A stretch of DNA of 64,000 nucleotides, from assembly GCA_963748815.1 (NCBI GenBank), contig CAVVKJ010000008.1, positions 128,001-192,000 on the forward strand, in the 5' to 3' direction. The notes beneath the pieces were generated by a model, which searched no databases, was not told where the DNA came from, and was given only the letters and a program-made list of their open reading frames with translations. This document shows, piece after piece, positions 33,766-44,096 of this stretch; position 1 is the stretch's first letter; every line of letters starts with the position of its first letter. This DNA is from an uncultured Gemmatimonadales bacterium. GTDB taxonomy: Bacteria; Gemmatimonadota; Gemmatimonadetes; Gemmatimonadales; GWC2-71-9. Made by a program: the position numbers and the translations under genes.

Positions 33766-35904
33766 GCACCTTTACCGTAGTCGAGGAGCAGGGCGTCGCC
33801 GTCGTCTCCATCGACCAGCCCGGTTCGCCGGTCAACGTCCTCACCGCCGCCGCCAAGTCGGAGTTCGAGACGATCCTCGAACGGCTCCGCGAGGACAAGG
33901 CGGTCCGCGCCGTCGTGCTCATCTCGGGGAAACCCGACAACTTCATTGCCGGCGCCGACATCGAACAGTTCGTGGCGCTCCCCAACCAGGCCGCCGCCGA
34001 GGCGCTCTCGCGCGACGGCCAGGCCACGATGGATCGGGTGGCCGACTTCCCGAAGCCGATCATCGCGGCGATCCACGGCAGCTGCCTCGGGGGCGGGCTC
34101 GAGCTCGCGCTCGCCTGTCACTATCGGCTCGCCACCAACCATCCGAAGACGCAGCTCGGCCTGCCCGAGGTGCAGCTCGGCATCCTGCCCGGCGCCGGCG
34201 GCTGCCAGCGCCTGCCACGCCTCATCGGCGTGCGCGCCGCCCTCGACATCATTCTCGCCGGCAAGTCGGAACGCGCCGCCAAGGCGTTCAAGCTCGGCAT
34301 GGTGGACGAACTGGTGCCGCCGCCGCTCCTGCGCAGCGTCGCGCTCGCCGCCGCGGTGCGCCTGATGTCCTCGGGCGCCCCCCGGCGCGCCCGGCGGGGC
34401 GGCGCCGCAGGGTTCCTCCTCGACGGCAACCCGCTCGGACGAGCCCTCGTCTACCGAATGGCCCGGAAATCGGTGCTGGCCAAGACGGGCGGACACTACC
34501 CGGCGCCGCTCGCGGCGCTCGCGGCGGTCCGCACCGGGATGGAGCGCGGCATGCGCGCGGGGTTCGTCGATGAACACCGCCGGTTCGGCGAACTGGCCGT
34601 CAGTCCCGTCTCCCGGAAGCTCGTGCAGATCTTCTTCGCCACCACCGCCCTCAAGAAGGACGACGGCGTGGCCCCCGGCACCGCCACGCCGCGACCCGTC
34701 CGGCGCCTCGGTGTGGTCGGGTCGGGATTCATGGGGGCGGGGATTGCCGGCACGGCGGTGGCCCAGGCCGGGGTCGAGGTGCGGATGAAGGACGCCGACC
34801 TCGCGCGCGTGGGGAAAGGGCTGAAGGCCTCGACCGGCATCCTCGACGGGCGGCTCAAGCGCCGCCGCATCACCCGGCAGGAACACCAGCGGCTCTCGGC
34901 GCTGCTCAGCGGGGCGGCGGACTTCACCGGGTTCCCCCGCACCGATCTCGTCATCGAGGCGGTGTTCGAGGACCTGACCGTCAAGCGAACCGTCGTCGCG
35001 GAGCTCGAGGCGACGGTCGGCGACGCAGGCGATCATCGCCACCAACACCTCCACCATTCCAATCACCGACATCGCCGCCGGCGCCCACCACCCTGGGCGC
35101 GTGCTGGGGATGCACTTCTTCAGCCCGGTGGATCGGATGCCGCTCCTCGAGGTCATCCCCGGGGCGGCCACCGCGCCGGATGCCATCGCCACCGCGGTGC
35201 AGTTCGGGCGGCGGATGGGGAAGACGGTCATCGTGGTCGCCGACCGCCCCGGCTTCTGGGTCAACCGGATTCTCTCGCCCTACCTCAACGAGGCGGGGCA
35301 CCTGCTGATGGAAGGCACCCCGATCGAGGCGATCGACCGCACCATGACCCGATTCGGCTTCCCGGTCGGCCCGATCGCGCTGCTCGACGAAGTGGGGCTG
35401 GACGTGGCGGCCAAGGGTGGCGGCGTCATGCACCAGGCGTTTGGCGAGCGGCTGACTCCGGCCGACGCCATCGGCAAGATGCTGGCGGACAACCGGCTCG
35501 GCCGGAAGAACGGCCGGGGATTCTACCGCTATGAGGGAGGGAAGAAGGCCGGGGTGGATCATCCGGTGTACCGGCTGCTTTCCATCACGCCGTCCGATCG
35601 CGTCAGCCCGCACACGATCGAGCAGCGCCTGATTTACGCCATGTTGAACGAGGCGGCCATGGCGGCGGGCGAGGGCGTGGTGCGTTCGCCCCGTGACGGC
35701 GACATCGGCGCGATCTTCGGGATCGGCTTCCCGCCCTTCCGCGGCGGCCCCCTCCGGATGATCGACGACCTCGGCGCCGCGCAGGTGGTGTCGACGCTGC
35801 GGGCGCTGGCGGCCGAATTCGGCCCGCGGTTCACACCCGCCGGCTCCCTGGTGGCGATGGCGGAGTCGGGCGGCAGGTTCTACGAGGAAACGAGTTCCCG
35901 TTGA
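33762..35904 (+). CDS. fadJ: Fatty acid oxidation complex alpha subunit (frameshift near 35028)
   Basis: Enoyl-CoA hydratase (FIAGADI, GGGLELALAC, LPEVQLG) plus HAD (GSGFMGAGIA, IEAVFED, GMHFFSPV, PGFWVNRIL). Confidence 0.92.
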
Positions 35905-35927
35905 TTCACTCACACTGGAGTTTGGTC

Positions 35928-37502
35928 ATGCGCAAACTGTGCTTGTTCGCGTTGCTCGGGGCGTTCTTCGCTCCCGTGACATCCGCCTGGGGGCAGGGGT
36001 TCAGCTCCAACGATCCGATCATCAAGCGAATCTGGGCCATGGGGATGGACAGCTCCCAGGTCGGCGCGCTCGCCCAGGTGCTCGACGACTCGATCGGTCC
36101 GCGGCTGACGGGCTCGCCCGGCATGAAGTCGGGCAACGACTGGCTCGTCAAGACGTACGCGCGGTGGGGCATCGGCGCCGAGAACGTCCAGTACGGCACC
36201 TGGAAGGGATGGAAGCGCGGCGCCAGCCACATCGACCTCGTCGCGCCCCGCGTGCGCTCGCTCGAGGGGATGATTCTCGCGTGGAGCCCGGGCACCAAGG
36301 GGAAGCCGGTCGACGGTCCGGCCGTCATTCTCCCGGATGCCGCCGATTCGGCGGCGTTCGCCTCCGCGATCGCGTCGGTCAAGGGCGCCTACGTCCTGAT
36401 CAGCGCGCCGGAACTTACCTGCCGGCCCGACTCGAGCTACAAGGAGTCGGCGCTGCCGGAGGAGTTCGACCGGATGGTCAAGGAGCGCGACGAGTACCGG
36501 GCGGCGTGGGCCGCACGGGTGAAGCGCACCGGGTTGAACAACAAGGCGCTGCAGCTGGCGCTCCAGGGCGCCGGCGCGAAGGGCGTGCTCACCAGTAACT
36601 GGTCACGGGGATGGGGCGTCTTCCGGGTGTTCGACGGCAAGACCACCGAGGTCCCGGCCGCGGTGCTGAGCTGTGAAGACTACGGGCTGGTCTTCCGGCT
36701 CGCGGAGAACCGGCAGGGGCCGGTGCTTCGGGTGACCGCCGACGCGCAAGACCTGGGCGAGGTCCCCGTGTTCAACACCATCGCCACGATCCCCGGCACC
36801 GACCGGGCGGGTGAATACGTCGTGCTGTCCGCCCACTTCGACAGCTGGGACGGGTCCTCCGGCGCCACCGACAACGGCACCGGCACGGTCGTGATGATGG
36901 AGGCGATGCGCATCCTGAAGGCGGTCCTCCCCCGTCCGAGCCGGACCATCATCGTGGGGCACTGGAGCGGCGAGGAGCAGGGGCTGAATGGCTCGCGGGC
37001 CTACATGGCCGACCACCCGAAGGTGGTCGAGGGGCTGCAGGCCCTCTTCAACCAGGACAACGGCACGGGGCGGGTGGCCTACGTGAGCGCCGCGGGGCTG
37101 ATGGAGGCGGGCGGCTTCCTGGCGGACTGGTTCTCGAAAGTGCCGTCCGAGATCACCGGCAACTTCAAGGCCTTCTCGGTGCCTGGCACCCCGGCGGGCG
37201 GCGGCTCCGACAACGCCTCGGTGGCCTGCTATGGCGCGCCGGGCTTCGGCCTCGGCTCGCTGCCCTGGGAGTACTTCTCCTACACCTGGCACACCAACCG
37301 CGACACCTACGACAAGCTGGTGATGAGCGAATTGCGGAACAACGCGACGCTGACCGCCATGCTCGCGTACCAGGCGGCGCAGGACCCGAACACGATCCCG
37401 CGGGACCGCCGCGTGATGCCGATCAACTCGCGCACCGGTGAGCAGCAGACCTGGCCGGAGTGCCAGCCCGCGGCGCGGTCGTTCGCGGAGTACACGCGCT
37501 AG
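35928..37502 (+). CDS. M28-family metallopeptidase (carboxypeptidase Q-like), secreted
   Basis: IGPRLTGS, SAHFDSWD..GATDNGTG, GEEQGLNGS, GGSD, WHTNRDTYD. Confidence 0.9.
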   Translation: MRKLCLFALLGAFFAPVTSAWGQGFSSNDPIIKRIWAMGMDSSQVGALAQVLDDSIGPRLTGSPGMKSGNDWLVKTYARWGIGAENVQYGTWKGWKRGASHIDLVAPRVRSLEGMILAWSPGTKGKPVDGPAVILPDAADSAAFASAIASVKGAYVLISAPELTCRPDSSYKESALPEEFDRMVKERDEYRAAWAARVKRTGLNNKALQLALQGAGAKGVLTSNWSRGWGVFRVFDGKTTEVPAAVLSCEDYGLVFRLAENRQGPVLRVTADAQDLGEVPVFNTIATIPGTDRAGEYVVLSAHFDSWDGSSGATDNGTGTVVMMEAMRILKAVLPRPSRTIIVGHWSGEEQGLNGSRAYMADHPKVVEGLQALFNQDNGTGRVAYVSAAGLMEAGGFLADWFSKVPSEITGNFKAFSVPGTPAGGGSDNASVACYGAPGFGLGSLPWEYFSYTWHTNRDTYDKLVMSELRNNATLTAMLAYQAAQDPNTIPRDRRVMPINSRTGEQQTWPECQPAARSFAEYTR

Positions 37503-37529
37503 CGCTCGACGGTCCACCATGACCGCAAG

Positions 37530-37557
37530 ACGAGGCGTCCCATCCGGGGCGCCTCGT
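37530..37557. terminator. Hairpin between convergent genes
   Basis: ACGAGGCGTCCC-ATCC-GGGGCGCCTCGT. Confidence 0.65.
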
Positions 37558-37583
37558 GTTGTATTCGAACCCGGGCGAGTCGC

Positions 37584-38714
37584 CTAGCGCGTCAGCGTCG
37601 GGATCAGTTCTTCGTTGGTCTTGGCGCCACGGAAGAGGGAAAGCAGGTCCTGCATCGCGTTGATGGAGGGCATCCCCGCCGTGCGCTGCCGCAGGGCGTG
37701 GGAGGCCGCCAGCGCCTCGGGGGAAAAGAGCAGTTCTTCCCGCCGGGTGGAGCTCGCCGGGATGTCGATGGCGGGGTAGATACGCCGCTCCGCCAGCTCG
37801 CGGCTCAGCACCAGCTCGCTGTTGCCGGTTCCCTTGAACTCCTCGAAAATGACCTGGTCCATCTTCGATCCGGTGTCCACCAGCGCGGTGGCGATGATGG
37901 TCAGCGACCCGCCGCCGCGCGACGGGTCGACGTACCGGGCACTGCCGAGAAAGCGCTTGGGCTTTTCCATCGCGTTGGCGTCGAGGCCGCCGGACAACGT
38001 CCGGCCGGTGCCCCGTTCCAGCGTGTTGTAGGCCCGCGCAAGGCGCGTGATCGAATCGAGGATGATGACCGAATCCCGGCCGAGTTCCACTTGGCGCCGG
38101 GCCCGTTCCAGCGTGAGTTCCGCGACTTCGGCGTGGCGTTCGGCCGGCTGGTCGAAGCTCGAGGCCACCACCTCGCCCGCCCCCGCCATCTCCATCTCCG
38201 TCACTTCCTCCGGCCGCTCGTCGACCAGCAGGATGAAGAGCTGCGCGGCGGGATGGTTGCGAGCGACGCCCTCGGCCACCGCCTGCAGCACCGTGGTCTT
38301 GCCCGCCTTGGCGGGAGCGACGATGAGTGCGCGCTGTCCCTTGCCGAAGGGGCAGAGCAGGTCGATGAGCCGGGTGATTTCATGGGCGGTGCGCCGGGTG
38401 CCGGGGGGCACCTCGAGCGTGAGCATTTCCTTCGGGTGCGTCGCGGGAAGTTTCGAAAATTCGGGGCGCCGCGCGATCTCCTCGGGCGCGAGCCCGTTGA
38501 CCGTGGTCACCTTCTGGAGACTGGGACCGCGCCCCTTGCCGCCACGCCCCCCCTCACCGGCGATTTCATCGCCGGTGCGGAGGCCGTACTGCTTCACGAG
38601 ATGGGGGGGGACGAAGAGGTCGCCATCGGCCGGCGCATAGGCCGATTCACGGCGTCGTATGAAGGCGGTCCCGCGGTCCGTCAGTTCCAGGATGCCCAGG
38701 AGGGTATCGCTCAC
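37584..38714 (-). CDS. rho: Transcription termination factor Rho, short paralog (376 aa)
   Basis: GTG 38714 overlaps the upstream [65 protein letters not shown]. Confidence 0.92.
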   Translation of the reverse strand: MSDTLLGILELTDRGTAFIRRRESAYAPADGDLFVPPHLVKQYGLRTGDEIAGEGGRGGKGRGPSLQKVTTVNGLAPEEIARRPEFSKLPATHPKEMLTLEVPPGTRRTAHEITRLIDLLCPFGKGQRALIVAPAKAGKTTVLQAVAEGVARNHPAAQLFILLVDERPEEVTEMEMAGAGEVVASSFDQPAERHAEVAELTLERARRQVELGRDSVIILDSITRLARAYNTLERGTGRTLSGGLDANAMEKPKRFLGSARYVDPSRGGGSLTIIATALVDTGSKMDQVIFEEFKGTGNSELVLSRELAERRIYPAIDIPASSTRREELLFSPEALAASHALRQRTAGMPSINAMQDLLSLFRGAKTNEELIPTLTR

Positions 38715-39142
38715 TGCGCCCCGGCGTCCCAGGAATCCCACGTCAGATGACAGCGTGTCACGAAGTACTCCGGCGGATGGCCTGTGCGCTCCAGCAAGTC
38801 GTGGAGCATCTCGTGGCGAACGACCATTTCGTTCCCCACGTAGGCGCCGGCGATGGTGATCCGGGAGACGTTGCCGACCCGCTCCCAGAGACCCACCTTC
38901 TCGCCGATGCTCGTCTCGAAAGTAGCGACGTCGGGCACCACATACCACTCGATGCCCTCCATCGCGCCGCGCAGCTCGGCGCACGCCTCGGTGCGGGCGT
39001 ACCAGGTGGCATACTCGGCGGGAGCGGTCATCAGGACGGCGCCCTCGGGGGGGGCGCTCGGTTCGAGGCCGGTGCACGACGCCGCGACCAGCCAGATGGC
39101 CATGACGGGTACGAGGCGATGGGGAACGGATGCTGGGCGCAT
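38711..39142 (-). CDS. Hypothetical lipoprotein with HExxH motif
   Basis: Lipobox-like VAASC; VVRHEMLHDLL...HPPEYF; GGAGA RBS at 39151-39147. Confidence 0.75.
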   Translation of the reverse strand: MRPASVPHRLVPVMAIWLVAASCTGLEPSAPPEGAVLMTAPAEYATWYARTEACAELRGAMEGIEWYVVPDVATFETSIGEKVGLWERVGNVSRITIAGAYVGNEMVVRHEMLHDLLERTGHPPEYFVTRCHLTWDSWDAGAQ

Positions 39143-39223
39143 GGTGTCTCCACAACGCCCGATAAGCTCAAGGCCATGGGATCGCTTTCCCGGAGGGAAG
39201 GGTGTCCTGGCCCCGCTTCTCTG

Positions 39224-39320
39224 CCTGCCTTCGGCACCGAGCTATCTCCGGCCCATTCGGGCCTGAGACCTCAAGTTTTGCGGCCCCGGATCACTCCGGG
39301 TGTGCTCTTATCGGGCGGGT
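39224..39320 (-). ncRNA. c-di-GMP-I (GEMM-I) class riboswitch, A20 (cGAMP-type) variant
   Basis: - strand CCCGCCCG-ATAAG-A-GCACA-CCCGGA-GTGA-TCCGGG-GCCGCAAAAC-TTGAGGTCTC..GGCCC-GAAT-GGGCC..GAGATAGCTCGG-TGCCGAAGGCAGG. It has a GNRA-capped P2, CGCAAA junction, P3 and 3' GCCGA. Confidence 0.85.
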
Positions 39321-39519
39321 CGTTGGTGGACTGCGGAAGGGGTAGAACGCAAGTCCGGGGCCGACCAGCCCCGAGATGGCCTAAGTTGAACAGGCGGCTC
39401 CGCTTAGCCGGGGTGATTTGTCCGGAACTTGTTGTCCTGACATAGTTTAGGTAGCTTCGTGGCGATGCCCGGGCGCGCCGCCCAGGCCGCTATGGACCCC
39501 CGTCGAGGGACACCTGCTG

Positions 39520-40455
39520 ATGATGCGCACCTTCCTACTGTGGCTGTCGGAGCAACAGGGTGTGTTCAACTTCCTGCGGCGCAATGGCCTCGCCCGAAAG
39601 TTCGCCAGCCGCTTCGTGGCGGGGGAAACACGGGAGACCGCCACGGCGGCGGCGCTCGAATTGAAGACCCTCGGGATCATGACGACGCTGGACCTCCTGG
39701 GGGAGAGCGTCAACCTGCCGGCCGATGCGATCGCGGCCCGCGACGAGTACCTGCGCATGCTCGACGGGCTCGCCGCCAGCGGCGCCGACATCAACGTGTC
39801 GGTCAAGCTCACCCAGATGGGCTTCGACATCGACGAGGCGCTCTGCCTCGACAACATGCGGCGCATCCTGGCCAAGGCGCGCGACCTCGGCGGCTTTGTC
39901 CGCCTCGACATGGAGAGCTCGGAATACACGCAGCGCACTCTCGATTTCTTCGAGCGGCACCTGCTCGCCGAGTTCGGCAGGCACACTGGCGTCGTCATCC
40001 AGTCCTGCCTCCGCCGCTCCACCGCGGATGTGCAGCGGCTCATCGGGCTCGGCGCGCGGGTGCGCCTCTGCAAAGGGGCCTACCTCGAGTCCCCCGACGT
40101 CGCCTTTCCGGACAAGAAGGACGTGGACCGGCAGTTCATCGCGTTGATGGAGGACCTCCTCCGGCACGGCAACTATCCCGGCATCGCCACGCACGACAAC
40201 CGGATGCTCGAGCATGCCCGGGCCTTCGTGACCCGTGAGGGGATTCCGGCCGACCGCTTCGAGTTCCAGATGCTCTTCGGCGTGCGGCGCGACCTGCAGG
40301 AGCGACTCCGCAAGGACGGCTTCAACATGCGGGTGTACATCCCGTTCGGCACCCAGTGGTATCCGTACCTGATGCGCCGGCTCGCCGAGCGCCCGGCCAA
40401 TATCGTCTTCATCTTCGGCAACGTGGTTCGCGAGACGCTCGCCTTGAAGGGTTGA
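39520..40455 (+). CDS. putB: Monofunctional proline dehydrogenase
   Basis: RFVAGET, LDLLGE, SVKLTQMG, RLDMES, VRLCKGAYLE, IATHD, FEFQMLFG, YLMRRLAERPAN. Confidence 0.93.
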   Translation: MMRTFLLWLSEQQGVFNFLRRNGLARKFASRFVAGETRETATAAALELKTLGIMTTLDLLGESVNLPADAIAARDEYLRMLDGLAASGADINVSVKLTQMGFDIDEALCLDNMRRILAKARDLGGFVRLDMESSEYTQRTLDFFERHLLAEFGRHTGVVIQSCLRRSTADVQRLIGLGARVRLCKGAYLESPDVAFPDKKDVDRQFIALMEDLLRHGNYPGIATHDNRMLEHARAFVTREGIPADRFEFQMLFGVRRDLQERLRKDGFNMRVYIPFGTQWYPYLMRRLAERPANIVFIFGNVVRETLALKG

Positions 40456-40766
40456 TGGAAGCCACCCTCGGCGGGTACATGAACAAGCACGGCCGCGCGG
40501 CCGCGTTCGGGGGGAGCGATGGGCACGCCTATTCGGTGGGGCTCTACGTGGACGACGACCCCGACGAGCGGGGCCGCTACGGCGCGGCGCTGCTCTTCGT
40601 CCGGTGGGATGCCGCCGGAGCCGCGCCGGTCGGGCACGTGGAGACGGAATTCCTCGCCTGGGGGCGCACCGCCCTCGAGGCGGAGGAACGGGTGAAGGCG
40701 CTCTCGCTCTACGACGTCAAGGCGGCGCTCGACGAGGCCATCGCCCGCCAGCCGGGGGAGTGGTGA
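40455..40766 (+). CDS. Hypothetical protein
   Basis: MEATLGGYMNKHGRAAAFGGSDG...; overlaps the putB stop (TGATG) and the rsgA start (GTGA). Confidence 0.7.
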   Translation: MEATLGGYMNKHGRAAAFGGSDGHAYSVGLYVDDDPDERGRYGAALLFVRWDAAGAAPVGHVETEFLAWGRTALEAEERVKALSLYDVKAALDEAIARQPGEW

Positions 40767-41665
40767 CGGGCGTCCCGGGGACGGTGCTCGAGCGCGACGG
40801 GGCGGCGTATCGGGTGATGACGGAGCGTGGCGAAGTGCGCGCCGTGCTGAGCGGGAAGACCAAGCGGGACACCCCGCGAGTCGTGGTGGGCGACCGTGTC
40901 ACCATGGTGCCGGACCCGGTCGGTGGCCTTTCCAGCATCACCGAGGTGGCCCCGCGCAAGACCCTCCTCGAGCGGCGCGTCCCGCTCGGGCGGGGCACGC
41001 GGCCCATCGCGGCCAATATCGACACCGTGTTCGTCGTGACCTCCAACGTCGATCCCGCGCCCCTCCCCCAGCTCATCGACCGCCTGCTCGTCGTGGCGGA
41101 AGCCAACGAGATTCCCGCGGCGGTGGTGATCAACAAGGTGGACCTCGATCCGGGGGTGTGGCTCGAGCAGCGATGCCGGCAGGCGGGATACCCGGTCTAC
41201 CGGACCAGCGCGAAGTCCGGGGAGGGGCTGGCGGAGTTGCGGGCCGCCATGGCGGGGCGCGAATCGGTGGTCACCGGCCCCTCCGGCGCGGGGAAGTCGA
41301 GCCTGCTGAACGCCCTGCAGCCTGGACTCACGCTGCGCACCGGCGAACTGAGCGCCAGGCACCGCCGCGGCCGGAACACGACGGTCTCCGCGCTCATGCT
41401 GCCGTTCGAAGGGGGCTACCTGGTGGATACGCCGGGCTTCAACGAGGTGGGGCTCTGGGGCATCGAGCCCCGGGAGCTCGCGAGCTGCTTTCCGGAGTTT
41501 CGACCGCTCATCGGCGAGTGCCGCTTCCAGGACTGCCGGCACGTCAGCGAGCCGGGGTGCAAGATCCAGGATGCGGTGGCGGCCGGCGCGATCGCGCCGG
41601 ACCGCCTGGAGAGCTACCGGATGCTGCTGGAGGAGACCGAGTCGGAACCGGAGGAGTGGGAGTAG
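40763..41665 (+). CDS. rsgA: Ribosome small subunit-dependent GTPase A
   Basis: VVGDRV, AANID, NKVD, GPSGAGKSSLLN, DTPG, CRFQDCRHVSEPGC. Confidence 0.95.
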   Translation: MTGVPGTVLERDGAAYRVMTERGEVRAVLSGKTKRDTPRVVVGDRVTMVPDPVGGLSSITEVAPRKTLLERRVPLGRGTRPIAANIDTVFVVTSNVDPAPLPQLIDRLLVVAEANEIPAAVVINKVDLDPGVWLEQRCRQAGYPVYRTSAKSGEGLAELRAAMAGRESVVTGPSGAGKSSLLNALQPGLTLRTGELSARHRRGRNTTVSALMLPFEGGYLVDTPGFNEVGLWGIEPRELASCFPEFRPLIGECRFQDCRHVSEPGCKIQDAVAAGAIAPDRLESYRMLLEETESEPEEWE

Positions 41666-41986
41666 CTACCTGGCTTTCCTCGTCCAGCGATCGGCGTCCC
41701 GCCCCTCCACCTTGGCCATCATCCGGTCGAACGCGTCCTGCAGGTCGATCCCCTCGCGGTTGGCCATGCAGATCAGCACGAACAGGATGTCGGCCATCTC
41801 CATCCCCAGCTCCCCGTCCGCCTCGCTGTCCTTCTTCGTCTTCTGGCCGAAGCGGTGGTTGACCTCCCGCGCCAGCTCCCCAACCTCCTCGGCCAGCCGG
41901 GCCATGTTGGTGAGCGGGTCGAAATAGCCCTCCTCGAACTGGCTGATCCAGTCATCCACTCGGCGCTGGGCGTCGGACAGGGTCAT
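41666..41986 (-). CDS. MazG-like nucleotide pyrophosphohydrolase (YpjD-like)
   Basis: QRRVDDWISQFEEGYFDPLTNMARLAEEVGELAREVNH...EMADILFV...RDADRW. Confidence 0.9.
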   Translation of the reverse strand: MTLSDAQRRVDDWISQFEEGYFDPLTNMARLAEEVGELAREVNHRFGQKTKKDSEADGELGMEMADILFVLICMANREGIDLQDAFDRMMAKVEGRDADRWTRKAR

Positions 41987-42105
41987 CGGGGAAGTCCGGT
42001 TGAGGTCCAATCGGGGGCGGGGGAACGCCCCTCGCCAATCGCTCCGGAGTATAGCATCTTTTTCGGGTCCCCTCGCACGCGCCATTCCTCATTTCCGGCC
42101 CTGTC

Positions 42106-42354
42106 ATGCGCTCACGCGAACGAATCCTCGGCAATCTCGAAACGCTCTACCGCGAGACCTTCGAACGGGCCCGTACCTCGGGCGACCAGCGCCGGGTCGA
42201 GGAGCTCGACGCGGCGTACGTGCGCGATCAGCTCATGCTCGAAATCCTGCTCGACATCCGCGACCTCTTCTCGGTGGCGCCCGCCGCGCCGTCGCAGGGC
42301 GGGTCCGCGCTCGAGAAACTTGAGGCGCTCCGGCGGCTCACCACCCTTCGCTAG
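42106..42354 (+). CDS. Hypothetical small helical protein
   Basis: 82 aa, DQLMLEILLDIRDL; co-oriented just upstream of the amidohydrolase. Confidence 0.65.
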   Translation: MRSRERILGNLETLYRETFERARTSGDQRRVEELDAAYVRDQLMLEILLDIRDLFSVAPAAPSQGGSALEKLEALRRLTTLR

Positions 42355-42363
42355 GAACGTCCC

Positions 42364-44053
42364 GTGACGCGTCCCCTCCGGTTCGGTGCGGTGGATCGCC
42401 TGCTGCCTGCCCTCCTCCTGTCGGCTGTCTCGGGGCTCGCCTGTGCGTCCCCCCCCGCGCCGGCGACCACCGTGGCGTTCGGCCGGGTCTGGACCGGGAA
42501 CCCCGATCAGCCCTGGGCCGGCGGCGTGGCCATGCGCGGGGACACGCTCGTGGGCGTGGGCGACAGCAGTGACGTGGCCCGCTTCGTCGGCGAGCAGACC
42601 GTGGTGGTCGCCGCGCCGGGCGGGATGGTCGTCCCCGGATTCATGGATGGCCACACCCATTTTCTCGACGGCGGCATCCAGCTCGTCAGCGTGGACCTGC
42701 GGACCGCCGATTCGCCCGAGGAGTTCACCGCCCGGATCGCGGCGTTTGCCGCGGAACGGAAGCCGGGTGAGTGGATCATCGGCGGCGACTGGGACCACGA
42801 GCGGTGGCCGGGCACGCCCCTCCCCACCCGCGCGTGGATCGACTCGGTGACGCCGAACAATCCCGTCTTCGTGAACCGGCTCGACGGACACATGGGCGTG
42901 GCCAACAGCGCGGCGCTGCGCGCGGCGGGCATCACCAGGTCCACCCAGGACATCCCAGGCGGGGAGATCGTCCGGGATCCGCGCACCGGGGAGCCGACCG
43001 GCATCCTCAAGGACAACGCGATGCGCCCGGTGTACGCGGCCCTGCCGCCGCCGAGCGAGGCGCAACTCGACGCCGCCCTGGCGCGCGCCGTGGCGTTCGC
43101 GGCAAGCAAGGGTGTCACGGCCACCAACTTCATGAGCGCGCCCACCGCCTGGCTCGGCGCCTTCCAGCGTGCCCGCGCGGCCGGCACGCTGACCGTCCGG
43201 ACCAAGATGTTCTTCCCGATCCAGGCCGTGGCAGTGGGTGGCGGACACCGTCGCGGCCATCGGACCCGGTGACGACTGGCTCCGGATCGACGGGGTGAAG
43301 GGGTACATGGACGGCTCGCTCGGCTCGACGACAGCCCTGCTTTTCCGCCCCTACCGCGACGCGCCGAACACCCGCGGCCTGGAGACCACGCCGCTCGACT
43401 CGATCCGGCGCTGGGTGCAGTCCGCCGACTCGGCGCAGCTCCAGGTGGCCATTCACGCCATCGGCGACCGCGCCAACGCCCTGCTCCTCGACACCTTCGA
43501 CTCCGTGACGGTCGCCAACGGGGCCCGCGACCGCCGCTTCCGCATCGAGCACGCGCAGCACCTCCGGCCCGAGGACATCACCCGCATCGCGAAGATGAAC
43601 GTCATCCCCTCGATGCAGCCCTATCACATCATCGACGACGGCCGTTGGGCCGCCAAGCGGATCGACACCCTCCTCCTGCAGACCACCTACGCCTTTCGGA
43701 CCCTGATCGACGACGGCGCGCACCTGGAGTTCGGCTCCGACTGGACGGTGGCGCCCCTCGACCCGCTGCTGGGCATCTACGCCGCGGTCACCAGGCGGAC
43801 GCTCGACGACAAGAACCCCGGCGGGTGGTTCGCGGCGCAGAAGGTCACCGTGGACGAGGCGCTGCGCGCCTATACCGCGGAAAACGCCTACGGGGTCTTC
43901 GCGGAGGGCCGCCGGGGCGTGTTGAAGCCTGGCATGCGGGCCGACCTGGTGCTGCTCGACCGGGACGTGACCGCCATCGACCCGGTCGACATTCCGAAGA
44001 CACAGGTTCTGGCCACCATCGCCGGCGGGCAAGTGGTGTACCGGGCGCCCTGA
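42364..44053 (+). CDS. Amidohydrolase family 3 (YtcJ-like), frameshift near 43230
   Basis: PGFMDGHTH, DGHMGVANSAAL, KGYMDGSLGS, IHAIGDRAN, RIEHAQH, FGSDW. Confidence 0.9.
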
Positions 44054-44096
44054 GCGCCCCCGTCGACGGTCACACCCTGAAGGGGAGGCTCGACCC

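Noticed and set aside
35020..35040. Programmed frameshifting in fadJ, gluQ or crt genes
   Set aside because: No slippery heptamers or shared context; these families are not known to recode; indel error is simpler.
38715..39155. N-terminal extension of Rho in the 523 aa ORF
   Set aside because: It is an off-frame read of the lipoprotein gene; Rho similarity starts at GTG 38714.
39180..39345. c-di-AMP (ydaO) riboswitch or intrinsic terminator as alternative explanation of the leader
   Set aside because: ydaO consensus elements are not seen and no U tract follows the hairpins; the sequence fits GEMM-I.
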